DNA from: Bugula neritina | Lineage: Eukaryota > Animalia > Bryozoa | Reading direction: 5' to 3' | DNA length: 64,000 nt | Assembly (NCBI GenBank): GCA_964035545.1 | Contig: OZ037773.1 | Span: forward strand, 8,957,751-9,021,750 | In this document: positions 1 to 13,800 of the stretch, piece after piece | Layout of the letters: each line of letters starts with the position of its first letter | How positions within the stretch are numbered: the stretch's first letter is position 1 | Notes under the pieces: generated by a model | Databases searched by the model: none | Seen by the model: only the letters and a program-made list of their open reading frames with translations | What the model was told of the DNA's origin: nothing | Translations under genes and position numbers: made by a program

Positions 1-877
1 GTTTCCATATTTCCATATTATAAATGAAGAAATATTCCACCTTTACTCTAAGTACTGTTCAATCATTTGATTTGTTTGCAGAAAAAATTAACTTCGAGGT
101 CATGGAGAGATTTTTATCCATTGGTAAACACTTGCCTGTACATAGTGTTGATTAGAATTACATGCTAGCAGCGCAGCTGTGTGGGCGTTGTTGTGTGCAT
201 GCTGACAGCGTGACCAGTTGCTGCTTTATGTTTCTATTTTTGTTGCTGAGCTGTGTTTAGCTCTTCAGTTTTATTCTACAAGAACTTTAGAGGTTTTCCT
301 TTGACAGACATCTGTTATCTATGTTGATTTGATTATATCATGTTTTTGTAATCCAATGCCAGTTGAGAATTTTATAGTTTTTAACCAGAAAAAAATTTCA
401 AGTGTATTTCTTGCACCTCGTAAGCTCCTGATAGTTAGATTTGGCACCTTTTAAGCAAAAGTTTTGCACACATATTTATCTTTTACAATTCTGTAACTAA
501 AAGTTTATCTTTGTCTTGTGGAAAGTCACATTGATGTTGTTATAATTATTTTGCCACTACAATGTGTTATTCCAGCTAGCTAACATATTACATGCGTTAA
601 TATGTCTCTTGTATACATTGTGTTTACTCTGCAATGTACTTTAGCATTGTAGATCTTTGTTTTAACCATGTCTGTATTTTTAATATCTAATTGATTTTTA
701 TTTCTGACAAAATGAAAATAGTACCACAATTTACTCTTTTAATTCTAGGCTGTAAGAATTTGTAACTATATTGCAGTCTAAGTTAGTTGTAACCCAGAAT
801 GATAATACAAATACAGTGTACGCTGTACAGATCTAAGCTAGGCCTCTCTCTCACGTCACGTGTGCCGTGCTCTGTAG

Positions 878-3800
878 GTACAGCGTCACGGTATCTCAAT
901 GACGGTCAACCCGGCGCCCCATTCCTCTAGACCGATCACAGACCTCAACATGCACATCCTGTTTTCTCTGCTTCGTCCCAATGCCGTCTGCACTATAGTA
1001 GCGGCTCTTCTGCAGGAACAGCGGGTGGTGTTTGTTTCTTCCCGACTTTCTCTACTAACTCTTGTCCAGGAGATACTAATGCACATGATCTTCCCTTTCA
1101 GGTTTGTGTCACCCTATGCTAACTTTTGACATTGAGAGGCAAGCGATAAACTTATTTGAAGTGAACGATGAGTTTGTGTGTACATATCTGTGGGTTTCCT
1201 TCCAGGAGTTGTGGGTTCATGTAAAATGCTATTTTTTAATTTTGAGGTTAGCAACGAATTTATGTGAAGTTATTTGTTGCTCAATGTAATTTTATTTTTT
1301 GCAAACTATTTTAAACTTTTTTTGGGACAATATTATTTACATAAGTTTCTCATGCGTCACGTTGTTTTCCCTTTTCAAGATGGCAGTCCATGTACGTCCC
1401 CGTACTCAACGACTCCATGATAACCTTCCTAGAAGCACCTGGATACTATGTCATGGGTTGTCATAGCGATTTCCTGTCAACAACTCAGCTCATTGATGGC
1501 TTGGTAGTGGTGGATCTAGACAAGGGAAGAGTTACCCCTTCAAGTAATGACCACTTCTCTCCCCTTCCCCTTAAAGCAGCGAGCCCCTTCTGTACCAAGG
1601 TAGTGTCTTTTTCTTGATAACACAGACTTTTTGCCAATTTGGCCGGGATTAGTGAGTTTAAAATAACAAAAATACTTTCACGATTTAGCTCACAGCAACC
1701 TCTCTCTCAGTAGGTATAATGCATCAGGTTGCATCTGGCGAATTTACAGTTTAAGGCAAAAGTAAAGACAATAGAGTTAAGACAACTGTATTCTGTAGGA
1801 GTTATGCTCTCAGATAATTGCGATTGTCTGGGAGTATAACTCCTTATATATTCACTGGAGTTGAATAATCATATCCAAGTATCGCATGTACTAGTTTAGT
1901 AATCTCGCTTTGCTGTTCACAAAATAGTTTGCAAAAGATAGTCTAAACTTGCTGATATGTTTGATATGAATACTGTTTGTTTGATTCAGTTGAGGGGAGT
2001 TGATAGTGCGAGCGCGTATTCAGGAAGTGATGTCATAGTACACACTCGTTATTTTGTCACCTGACATATATCTCTTTTCTGTTGACTAGATAGTTGACAC
2101 GGAGATGAACTTTGACCTCTACATGGCCGGTGAGGTCAGACAGAACCTCTCTAAGGCCCGGGAAGAATTCCAGTCGAGAGTTAACAAAGAGATCTCCACC
2201 GCCGCACTGGCCATGATGGTGCATCTGTTTGGAGATGTTCATGATTATGTCATAACAGAGCAGAAGTTCTTTGATAAGGTCTGAGTCGGTCTTTTCAAAC
2301 TGATTAACTAGCTAAACTATAATATTTGAAAGTTTCACTGGTGATAATTTATTGTTAATCAGGAGAATAGTGATTTCTCTACTTAATTTTAGCAATTATT
2401 TATTTTACTAAAAATATTTATTACTAAAAAAATCTTGTTTGATCATTTTTTGTGCACTTTAAAAAATTATTTTATACTGATAAAATGAATATTTTAAAAT
2501 TTCCTAAAGCTATTAATTTTTATTTTTATTTTAGTCTGCATTTCTGTCCTCTCAAACATCAGAAGATCAGCAGTTCTACTCCAATGTCCTTGACACTACA
2601 ATGTTCAGAGTGTTTCTCAGGGAAGTCATCTCTGAGTGTTGCTCGGATATCTGGATATCAAAAGGTGAGTCACCAGCTGCTGGTGTCGCATTTTCCTTCT
2701 TCTGTTTAATTTCTCTAACATCACTGGACCATGACTCGTATATCTATTCCTGTCATTGAAACTATCTTCTAGTTAGCATACGTAGAAGGGAGGCGTTTTA
2801 AATTTTATCGATCAGTAAAATATTATAACTTTTTTAGTCAAGTTGTCGACTGCTTTTCTCTACCTGGGTATTCTTAAAAGTCAAACTACACTTCTTACTT
2901 CTAGCCAATCCTAAACTAGCAGCAATTTTTTTCCTGTTAGCAGAAACAGAGTCAATTGATGTGAACTTCTAATAAAATATTGGCAAGAAATTTAATATTC
3001 GAAAGAAAATATATTCTTTAGTACCTACATCTGAGTAGAATGCTTTGGTTCTAACTGCTGTAGGAACATGATCATATAATGTGTGACTCATCAAATACTG
3101 TATAAAGTCAATGAAATACTGTTTCACTACTGCAGAGTGTCTGATTTTTTGGAATGGTATTTATACAATCCTTTTTTTGAATTTCTTACTTGTCTGCGCT
3201 TAACCTCGAAATGCTCTGTCAAAGTGAATCAAGTAGATAAGAATAGTCTGTATAACTGCAGCTACTGATCGCCTGAGGAAGGAATCAGTACGTCCAATCA
3301 GCCGCACCAACCGCAGTATCCAGTCTAGAGAGCACAAGAAGTCACTGATCTCTATACAATATGAGAATAACTGCAAAGAGCTCTCTCTCCCTTACATGCG
3401 TAACTTAGCAGAGTTCCAGGTGTGTAGATGTGTTGCTTGATGTCTCCTCAAGTTTCACTTGATGACTCTACGTATTCATTGATGTCTCCGGTTGTTGGTA
3501 TATTTTTACTCTTACTTTGTGATATATGGAGTTATTTTCCCTGCTCATAAGGTGAAAAGTTATGATGTCGTATCACAATGTTGTTGTTGAAAAATATAGA
3601 GAATATAATAACGGAACTTTTAAAAAAATAAAAGGAAACAGTGGCTAGACGCTAGGTTTGTAGTTTATAAAGTTCTAATTTTGTTGCCAATATTCCCATG
3701 GGCTTATATGTAGTACGCTCAGCACAAGTTTGGAATCTGTAGTGAACTAGGCTTTGAGTTGAGCATTAACTCTTCACTGATGTTCTTTATTATGTTTTAT

Positions 3801-6800
3801 TATACTTCTATTGACATCCTATTGACACCGTCAAGACTACAATTATTGCAATTCAAACATACATGATCAGGATAAACATAAATAAAAAATAAACAAAAAA
3901 AAGGAAACAATATAATTAATGTAAATAACTTACTTATTTTGCTCTCTTAAAATTACACCAGTTCACTAGCACCAACTATTGCCAAGTGCCAGAGTTAGCG
4001 CTGGCTGTGCTGTAGAAAGCTTTTCTTAGTGTAGCTAAAATAGCTTAGCAAACTAGCGCTAATTTCACTACAGAATCCAAATACGATATACTACAGAATA
4101 AGATAATTTATATTACTACAGAGTGTTATATTTATATTACTACAGAGTATTATATTAATATTACTACAGAGTATTTTATTTATATTACTACAGAGTATTA
4201 TATTTATGTTACTACTCAGTATTATATTTATATTACTACAGAGTATTATATTTATATTACTACAGAGTGTTATATTTATATTACTACAGGAAATAGAGTA
4301 TTGTTATGCTGTAGGAAGACAGTGTGCTAAACTTGACTGCACTGCTGGAGGTTCCCTCGAGTAACAAGTTACGAAGAGCTGCCTGCCTCTACGTGATTGG
4401 CTGTATAAACTTACAGAGGGAGGAGCTAGTTGAAGGTATAAACGCTGACACGTAGCAGCATTTCTATGAACTCTTACTAAATGTTTTCTCACACTCTAAC
4501 GTAATAGCGTTGTCACAAAACTGTAGGTAGCAGTGTGACGAGTTCGAAAAGTCTGGTAGTCAGAAGTATAGAGACAAGTAGCATACAGCTTGCTAATCCA
4601 GTTGAGAGTAAATAGAGTAGACTTTATTTCTTCAGTAAGATATGCACAGATGAATTTATAAAAATGAACTCCGAGAATGAACTGAACTGTAAACACAACT
4701 GCCTCAGTATTTATAGTAAACAAAAAGCTCTAGAATATTCTCAAGCATTCCAGTACAGAAGATTCTAGTAGAAAACATTCCCCACATGCCAATACTATTT
4801 ATAGAAAATCAAAACAAAACAAAACATTGGAATTTCCATGGTTATTTCGCAATTATTGCGCAATACCTTGTTTACATTGCTGGGCAGTAGTTAACATGAC
4901 TAACGAAAACAGTAATAATGAACAATGACCCATCTCTTTGATTAGTCTAGAATATTTATGAACATTCCTGTATAATCATTAGGAAAAACCCTGTAAGTTT
5001 ATAGGTATATGTACACTCAGAATTTGTGACAACCCCCCATTCTAAGAGAAATTATCTTGATCATTTCTCCTAACTACTTAAAATTCTGAGTCAATTCGGC
5101 TTAGATAATCAGCTCCAACATTGTCCTTTCCTTTGATTGACTCCACCTTGATCCTGAAGTTTTGTGAATACATATCCCATCTCATCACTCTGTTGTTTCT
5201 TATTGTACAGATCCAACAAATCATCTTCGCCTTCTCTTTCCTTATCGTAATCAATAATTCCAGCACCAGCAGCATCTAGAGTCATCACAGCTCCAACAGT
5301 CATAGAGTCGGTAGGCGTCTCCCGCTCAAAGTATTTCTTCAGCATGTTGGCATGGTATGTTCTCCTCTTGCCTCTAATGTTGATAATGTAGTCATTCAGT
5401 CTGACTTTCCCCTCAATATTGAATGGTCCTTGCCAATGCATCAGCAATTTATTTCCATCCGTAGGTAGAAGAATGAGCACTTTGTCACCAGGTTTGAAGT
5501 CTCTCTGCTTAGCTTTCTTGTCAAAATAGTGTTTGTATCTTTTTTTACTGTCTTTTAGCGAAGCTAGTGCCATTTCCATCATGTCATCTAAACGCTCTCT
5601 CAATTCAAAAACATGTTGATAGCAGGTCTTGACTTCATCGGCAGTGTCTTCTTTTGTCCAAAGTTGTCGCAGGATGTACATTGGTCCACGCACAGTTCTT
5701 CCATAGAGTAACTCGAATGGGGCGAAGCCTGTTGATTCCTGTGGGACTTCTCTATATGCAAATAGAGCCGCATTGATGAACCGATGCCACTGTCTTGGCT
5801 CTTTAGCACACAACTTTTTTAACATACTCTTGAGGGTTCCGTTGAACTTTTCCACAAGTCCATTGGCCATTGCATGGTACGGTGAGGTAGGAAGTTGCCG
5901 CATGTCAAGTAATCTGGTAAACTCTTTCATGTAGTCCGAGATGAATTGAGTTCCTTGATCGCTTATCACCTCCTCTGGTATTCCAACACGACTGTATATG
6001 TCAAGCAGCGCTTCAGCTACAGTAGCTGAGTCAATGTTCTTCAATGGTGTAGCTTCAGGGTATCTTGTAGCATAGTCAACTAAAGTTAGGATGTAGCGGT
6101 GTCCTCTCTCACTTGGAGGGTTAATTGGTCCGACTAGGTCTATCGCACATCTCTTGAATGGGGTGTCAATTAGTGGTGTTTCCTGTACTGGAACTTTCAT
6201 GACTGAGCCTTTTTTCACCGTCTTCTGGCAAATGTCACATGATTGACAGAAACGTACGACATCTCCGTTTAGTCCTGGCCAGAAGAAGTTGGAAAGCACT
6301 CTATCAGTGGTTTTCTTTACTCCTAGGTATCCGCTCATTATGCAGTCATGAGCTTTCTGTAGAACTTCCTTCCTCAGAGAACTGGGTACCATGAGTTGTT
6401 TAACAGGTTTTACACTGACAGACTTCAAGTCGGTGTACTCACGGTACAGAATCTTATTCCTCACCACAAACCTAGTGGTGCATCCCTTTTTCTCCTTCAC
6501 TTCTTTTGCATAAAAGAAACGTTCCAATGTGGGGTCATCCCTCTGCAATCTGGCTATTTCATCTTTCCCTATACTTAATGGGTTAGTATTTGAATCAATC
6601 TTCAGTGGTTTGTCTCCTGACTTTTCCTTGACAGCCTGAGCTCTTGTGGTTACGGCGCAGTCCTTCCAGTTTTCCAGTGGCTGGTCAGCTGATCTCGCTC
6701 CATCCACATTCCCAATGAGCAGGTCACAAATCGTCTTGTCCATTACTGCAGCTTTGACGACACCATTGTAAAATGGTGAGCGCACTGAGATAAGTGCCCA

Positions 6801-9800
6801 CTGAGCCTCTCTAACACTTGCATCAGCCATATTCAGATAAACTGATTCTCCAGTTAAATGTTGAGGTTGCACATACTTTGCATTGACTACAATGCAACCA
6901 CAGCCGGTGTCGCGCATTACAGTAGCTCGTTGGCCATTGACTTCCGCATCAAATATCGCTGTGCCCCCATCTTTGAATTTAGGTCCATTCTTGCAGACAG
7001 CAGCGTTGACAAACTTTTTACCATTAACTGTGATTTCCGTAGGTTCTTCCACTTTAGATGAGATTCCTGGATCTGTGACCACAGTCTTATTCGGAGTAGT
7101 CGCTATTGCAGCAGCAGCATGCACTGACCTTCCACCATACTTTCTGCAGTCTGAAGTATTGTGGTTGTTCATCTTGCAATGCGAACAGTACTTCTTCCCT
7201 CGCCGTGGGCAATTACGAGCAATGTGTGACTTATCTTTGCAGATGAAGCATGCACCATTGCTTTTACTTCCTTGTTCAGCATTCATGCTATCGGCAGGTG
7301 TGTTTTCCATCCTTTTTATATTAGTTTTCTTAGTCTTTGCTAGTTTTCTTCCACGGGCGTGCAAAAACAGTGACGCTGCATCACACATATCCTCACTGCT
7401 GTTGTAGGAACTTTGCTTTAAATGCACAGCTAGGTCGTCTGGGCATGATGATATAAATTGTTCAGTCGCCACTAGTTTGGCTATGTCCATGCCCCCTGAA
7501 AGTTCTACCCACTTGTGCACATAAGTTTCTATCCTAGTGAATAGTTGGGCAGGAGTTTCATCCTCGTAAGCTTCTGCCTCTCTGAGCTTTTTTCTGTAGC
7601 CCTCTTGAGTCAAGTTAAAGCGCTCCAACAAGGCTTCTTTGACTTTTTTATAATCTCTACGGTCGGTAGGTGATAACCGGATGTAAGCTTCTGTTGCTGT
7701 ACCCCTTAGGTACTGACTGAGATGGTAGGGCCAATCTCCCTTGTCCCAGTTACATCCTTCGGCAACCCACTCAAACCGCTCTAAATAGCTATCCATTTCG
7801 TCCACCTTCTCATCAAAGAATGGTATTTTTGGTTTTGGTTTGTTAGCTATTTCTAACCTGGTGCTCTCATGTCTTGAGTGCTCCAAACTTGTGTCAGCTT
7901 TCAGCTTTTCCATATCTAATTCATGTCGCTGTCTTCTCTCTTCTGCCTCCTGGTCAGCTTTAACCTTGAGTGCCATTGCCTCCTGATCAGCTTTAACCTT
8001 GAATGCCATTGCCTCCTGATCAGCTTTTATCTTGATCTCCATTAAGGCTTTCTCATTCTCTTGCCTGATCTTTTCTGCCTCACGCTCTAATCTACGTTCC
8101 TCTCGGTCCTTTTCTTTTTCTTCTTGTGCAGCAACAATGGGTAGGTTCTTTTCAACAAAAGCTATGAGCTTGTCCTCCACCAACCCAAGGTCTTTACCCA
8201 TCTGTGTCACTCTCCAACAACGCCATAATGTCTCAACAACTGTTAATTAATCCTGTGTATACTCACGTTGTAACTAATAACTTCCCTGTGTGCGACTGAG
8301 ACTTCCCGGAGCAGCCCCCAATTGTCACAAAACTGTAGGTAGCAGTGTGACGAGTTCGAAAAGTCTGGTAGTCAGAAGTATAGAGACAAGTAGCATACAG
8401 CTTGCTAATCCAGTTGAGAGTAAATAGAGTAGACTTTATTTCTTCAGTAAGATATGCACAGATGAATTTATAAAAATGAACTCCGAGAATGAACTGAACT
8501 GTAAACACAACTGCCTCAGTATTTATAGTAAACAAAAAGCTCTAGAATATTCTCAAGCATTCCAGTACAGAAGATTCTAGTAGAAAACATTCCCCACATG
8601 CCAATACTATTTATAGAAAATCAAAACAAAACAAAACATTGGAATTTCCATGGTTATTTCGCAATTATTGCGCAATACCTTGTTTACATTGCTGGGCAGT
8701 AGTTAACATGACTAACGAAAACAGTAATAATGAACAATGACCCATCTCTTTGATTAGTCTAGAATATTTATGAACATTCCTGTATAATCATTAGGAAAAA
8801 CCCTGTAAGTTTATAGGTATATGTACACTCAGAATTTGTGACAAGCGTATACATTATATATATGCTTGCTGTATGATCTGCGGAATTCTTGTTGAACTCA
8901 AGTATAATATTTCTTAAGCCAAGTGCCTGTCATAGATCTCTAAATTCACACTTACTAAAACATCATTACAATGTAACTCAAAATTTCTAGAGACCTCTAG
9001 ATGCATGTGTCTAGTTATTACAGTAGTAATTAAACTCTAATATCAAAAATATATAATGTTTTAGAGTGAAGGGCTTTGTCAGGTTTTTATATTACTGCAG
9101 GTTGTGTTATTACTCTCTTCTTGGATTCAGCAGACTTTGCTGCGTTTCTCTGTTTCATTCCCTCACTGCGTGATCTTGGGCTGTGCGCTGTTTACTAGTT
9201 GTACTGGATGAAGTTAGATTTTTGAGTTGCAGTCAGGAAAAGGCTGGATAATTGATATAATATTACAACTAGACAACACAAATATTCATATTGCTTCAAG
9301 AAATTAGGAATTGTGTTCTCATCTATGTAAACCTAGTTTGTTGTGTAGTAATTATGGTTACGCAAACAGTTGTTGGTTGACTGCTTGTAAGAACTGTTGC
9401 TGTTTTTTTGTTTTTAGTAGCTTCTTATGTTCATTTTGATAAATACCAGAGAAAATCTCTCTGACTTCCCATTCTCTAAATAACCTCTTACCTCTTACTT
9501 ACCTTCAGTACACATAGCACATGTGTGTCACCTCACCTGCATGCCACCTGCATGTTCCAGTCAACTCTGCCATGCATGCCAACATGTCAAGCTATGATGT
9601 CATGCTATTGAGTAATCAGTAAAGTTAGCTACTACAAGAAGGATGTTACCAGGTTTCTGTGTAACCAACTCGTATGTTTTCAGCCCTAAACAATTTCGGG
9701 AACGTATGGATACGAGATAGCAGCCTGTTTCCTGAGAAAGCAATTGTTAAGGAGTTATCTAGACATGAGTTCCCTCAAGAAATCATTGATAAAGTTGACC

Positions 9801-10716
9801 CTTCACACCAGAAACTTTATACTGGTTAGTGTATCATATACACATGTTAGGTTTGCTGTATGCTCTTCTGTTGTATTCGAAACGGAGTTAGAAATGTGGT
9901 AAATAATGTTGAACTTGTGCTTTAGTTGCTTGAATTGGTGTGGACAATAACTTGAGTTATGAAATAATAAAAGTTAACAGTGATAAGGCAGGGTCTGTAG
10001 TTAAATACTTCTATAGTTTTTATACTATTTTAATACTAACTCTTTTATGCTAGTGAAACATTAAATAAAATTTCTTTGAACTTAAATTGATTAAATTTTC
10101 ATTTTTCTATTTATTAGATCTACTTTTGGCCTCTCACTCCAAGCAGTCTAAGCACAAGGTGTTTGGAACAGATGTCAAAGTTGACCTAGATAGTCTGCCC
10201 ACGTCTGCTGTAGATGAGACTGAGTTCCACAAATACTCTGAACGTCTGGACTTTGCCGTGTCCCGAGATGCTATAGGCAGACTGTACCAAGCTCTCACTC
10301 TAGGTGAGTGTACTATGTGCTATGTGCTATGCAAACCTAACGCATACATAGTGTGTTTTAGGCTGAGCATTAGTTACCTAGTTACAAGCTAATAATCGTC
10401 AACTGTAAACAGTTCTACTCTGGTCACTATCATTAGTGTGTTGTCTTGGGTAATGTACTCTCTACTGTGACCTTAACTCACTATCAATTGTTACTAATCA
10501 CTCATAGTTGTGACTCTAATTCAGGTAAAGATATCGAAGTTCAACCAGAATGGATTAAACTCTTCTATGAGTGTTGGAAAGACAATGAGGCTGAGTGCAG
10601 AGATATGGAGGTCACATTGAGTTCTAGATGTGAGGAAGGAGAGCTCGTTGATACAACTGTACTTAAGGTATTGTCTCCCTCTCTCCATTTCTTTCTCTCC
10701 ACCTCTCTCTCCCTCT

Positions 10717-10813
<97 letters not shown>

Positions 10814-13800
10814 ATTTCTTCTCTGATAATTTCTTTCTTTCTCTTCCCTCTCTCTCTCTCCCTATATCTTACTCTCTCTGTGTTTGAGTTTAATTGTTAT
10901 AAATTTATAATTACTCAGGTTTCCTCGCCGTTGGTACGCACTGACTACGGGAACGGAACTGTGATCCTCACATCTCGATCTCTACTCCTTCTCAAGACAG
11001 GATGTCAAGTTGAGTCTGTCGTAGAGATCGCTAGACTGAGCAGTATTAGCAGTGAGTAGCCAGTAGGGGACGTCAGATATGTGCCCCTAATCTGTGTCTA
11101 GTGCTTATAATACTGACTATAGCTAGGTACATGAGGTAGCCATAATAGTGACTGCTGATTGGTGCAATTTATCAGGTCAGGAGGTTTATAACAGGCATGA
11201 GAAGACACTAAACTTGAGTCACTAAAACAGGCTGGTCATTTCATTACTCATACTTTGCTCTTATAGACAACTCATTTCACATACCAGCCAACACAATACA
11301 GTTGCTATACTCTATGCACCTTCCTGATTGGCTGAGCCATCAGTCACTGTAGGAGTTATGCTCACTATGTTGTAGAGCTCGTGGTGGAGAATGTGACTAT
11401 AGTGTTGAAGCCTGTTCAGTGTCTCAGAGTCTATGCGGGCGGCTCTGTTAAACCCATCAACATCTTCCTGGAGGCTGAGAGTAGAACCTGGGAAATACTT
11501 CTCAGAGAGCTTATTGGTGGAAAGGTAGGCTGTTGTACACTACAAAGTTGAATGGTTATATACTTTACTATAATATACGTATACTTTACTATAATATACG
11601 TATACTTTACTATAAGATATGTATACTTTACTATAATATATGCATACTTTACTATAATATATGTATACTTTACTATAATATATGCATACTTTACTATAAT
11701 ATATGTATACTTTACTATAATATATGTATACTTTACTATAATATATGCATAATCTACTGCAGATAATTTCTACAAATATGCGAGATTTGTTCCTCATGGA
11801 GCAGGCCTCACAGAACGTCCTACTTCTGGACGCTCTGGTGCAGAGCTCAAAGTCAATCGGCAGCGTCTGTTTCCACTCTAAAGACATCAGCATGGCGGTA
11901 GATCTTCTCTCTTACTACGCTAAAGAGGAGACTAAACAGAGACTCCTTATAGCTTGCAGTGCCACTAGAGGTAGTGAATAGTTATGGTGTAGTACTACTA
12001 GAGGTAGTGAATAGTTATGTTGTAGTACTACTAGAGGTAGTGAATAGTTATGGTATAGTACTACTAGAGGTAGTGAATAGTTATGTTGTAGTACTACTAG
12101 AGGTAGTGAATAGTTATGGTGTAGTACTACTAGAGGTAGTGAATAGTTATGTTGTAGTACTACTAAAGTTTCTGAAATAAAATTGTGTTTACTTTTCTCT
12201 TAAAAATTCAATTTTATTCCTGAGAATTTACATCAGTTTTTTATTAAACCAAAACCTCGCGCTCACAACTCATTATAACTGAACACTGTTATATTTTCAG
12301 CTGATTTCTTTTGCATCTAGGAAGGTGTTTTCAATAGAAAGTTATGTCATCATATAGTAATAGTAACAAATCATGTATGTTTATCTGTAGAAACTCTGTT
12401 ATATCGACTGAACCCGAATGCCGATGAGTTAGACACTGTGACAGTAGAGTGTATAATATACGTGCCCGGAGTGAGTAGTACCAGTTCCAAGACCTCTACA
12501 CTGTCACCTCGGATGTCTCTAACCTCTGGCAGGTGGGTGCAGGTGCTTCTATATCATGTCTATTTATAACATCTGACAAATATCTTCTGTTTTATTCGCC
12601 TAATTTTATTCATGTTTTTACTGGCTGTTATGTTTATTTATTCTCACTGTTTCACCAGTTCACTCATACCATTTATTATCCACTCCTTGCAACATCTCTC
12701 CAATCTTTGTATCACCTATCCACCCCTTGTGTTACTCATCCACCTACTGCATTACCCATCCACTGCTAGTAGAAAGTTTTTCATACATTGGTTTATGTCA
12801 ACAGATTTGAGGCTGACGTGAACGTACCACCCACAGTGTGGTGTGGAATGGGGAACGGAAAGATCCGCATATTTGATGCCTCTTCATGGAGACTCTATCC
12901 TAGATATGTTCAAGCTGTGGACAGGTTTGTATGTTTCTTGTTTGTCTTCTGATTATTTGCAATAAGTCTGTAGCTTGCACTGTGGTCAATGTTGTTTTAT
13001 ATGATTTTAATGTCTGTTCTTTTTGTCTAATCAAAAAATTGATGACCTGTGAGATCTGCAAAGTTTCTTTCACGTTAAAACAGTTAAATCACATGATTAC
13101 AGTTTCCTGTCATGGCCTCTAGCATTGCCCTGGTTATCTATACTCACTGAATACTCTAATGCAAGTCACTGTGACTGTACAGATGCTCTTACATCTTTAC
13201 ACACAACTGTTTATTGACTGCATATCATCTCAAGTCACATGACTCTGCAGGGTTGTTAGCCTCAGCTACAGCTGTAAGAGAATATGGGCCGGGTCCTTCG
13301 ACAACCTCATCTACGTGATTGAGAACAACCCTTTAGCCTTGGAGTTCCAGACTCTGGACCAGCACACAGACTATGTGGTGGATATACAGAATGACCCATC
13401 CTCTTCTGAACATGTGTTTAGGTGACTCAGTCTACATTAGTTTTAGTCACTACCTAATCATTCCATTTCCACTATTTTTTATCTTTTTCTTTCTAATATA
13501 AATTACTAATTTGGGGAGACATTTCAAGTGGTTTGGTTTTATTTTGTTGAAACTTGACTATATAATATGCTGAATAAATATGAGTTGAATATTGTTTTTG
13601 CTTATAAAATGTATTTAGATTAATTAATTTGTCGCTAATTTTTATTGTTTTTCATGAAATGAAACTTGGTTGGGCACATTAAATGTTAATCATGTGATTT
13701 GACTTTTGGTCCTTTTTGTAGTTGTGCAATAAATGGCTCCATCATTCAGTGGGATGCCAACCAATTGGAAGTTTTGAGAGAGTTTCACTGTACAAATAGC

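Larger units (their letters stand above)
4511..8843 (-). mobile_element. Gmr1-type Ty3/Gypsy LTR retrotransposon, internally deleted (no RT), inserted antisense in a DENND3 intron
   Basis: Two 521-bp direct repeats (4511-5031, 8323-8843) with TGTCACAAA...TTTGTGACA termini. 5-bp TSD AGCGT at 4506-4510 and 8844-8848. PBS and PPT present. Internal ORF has the domain order gag-protease-integrase, followed by an RNase H C-terminal remnant. Confidence 0.95.

Noticed and set aside
4496-4723. Duplicated short ORFs in the two LTRs (also 8263-8535)
   Set aside because: Start at TTG, run past the LTR boundary, and are duplicated only because the LTRs are.
6883-7407. 174-aa plus-strand ORF inside the retroelement (also 8032-8250)
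   Set aside because: Antisense shadow of the gag/protease frame; no recognisable motifs, and no env-like signal or TM layout.
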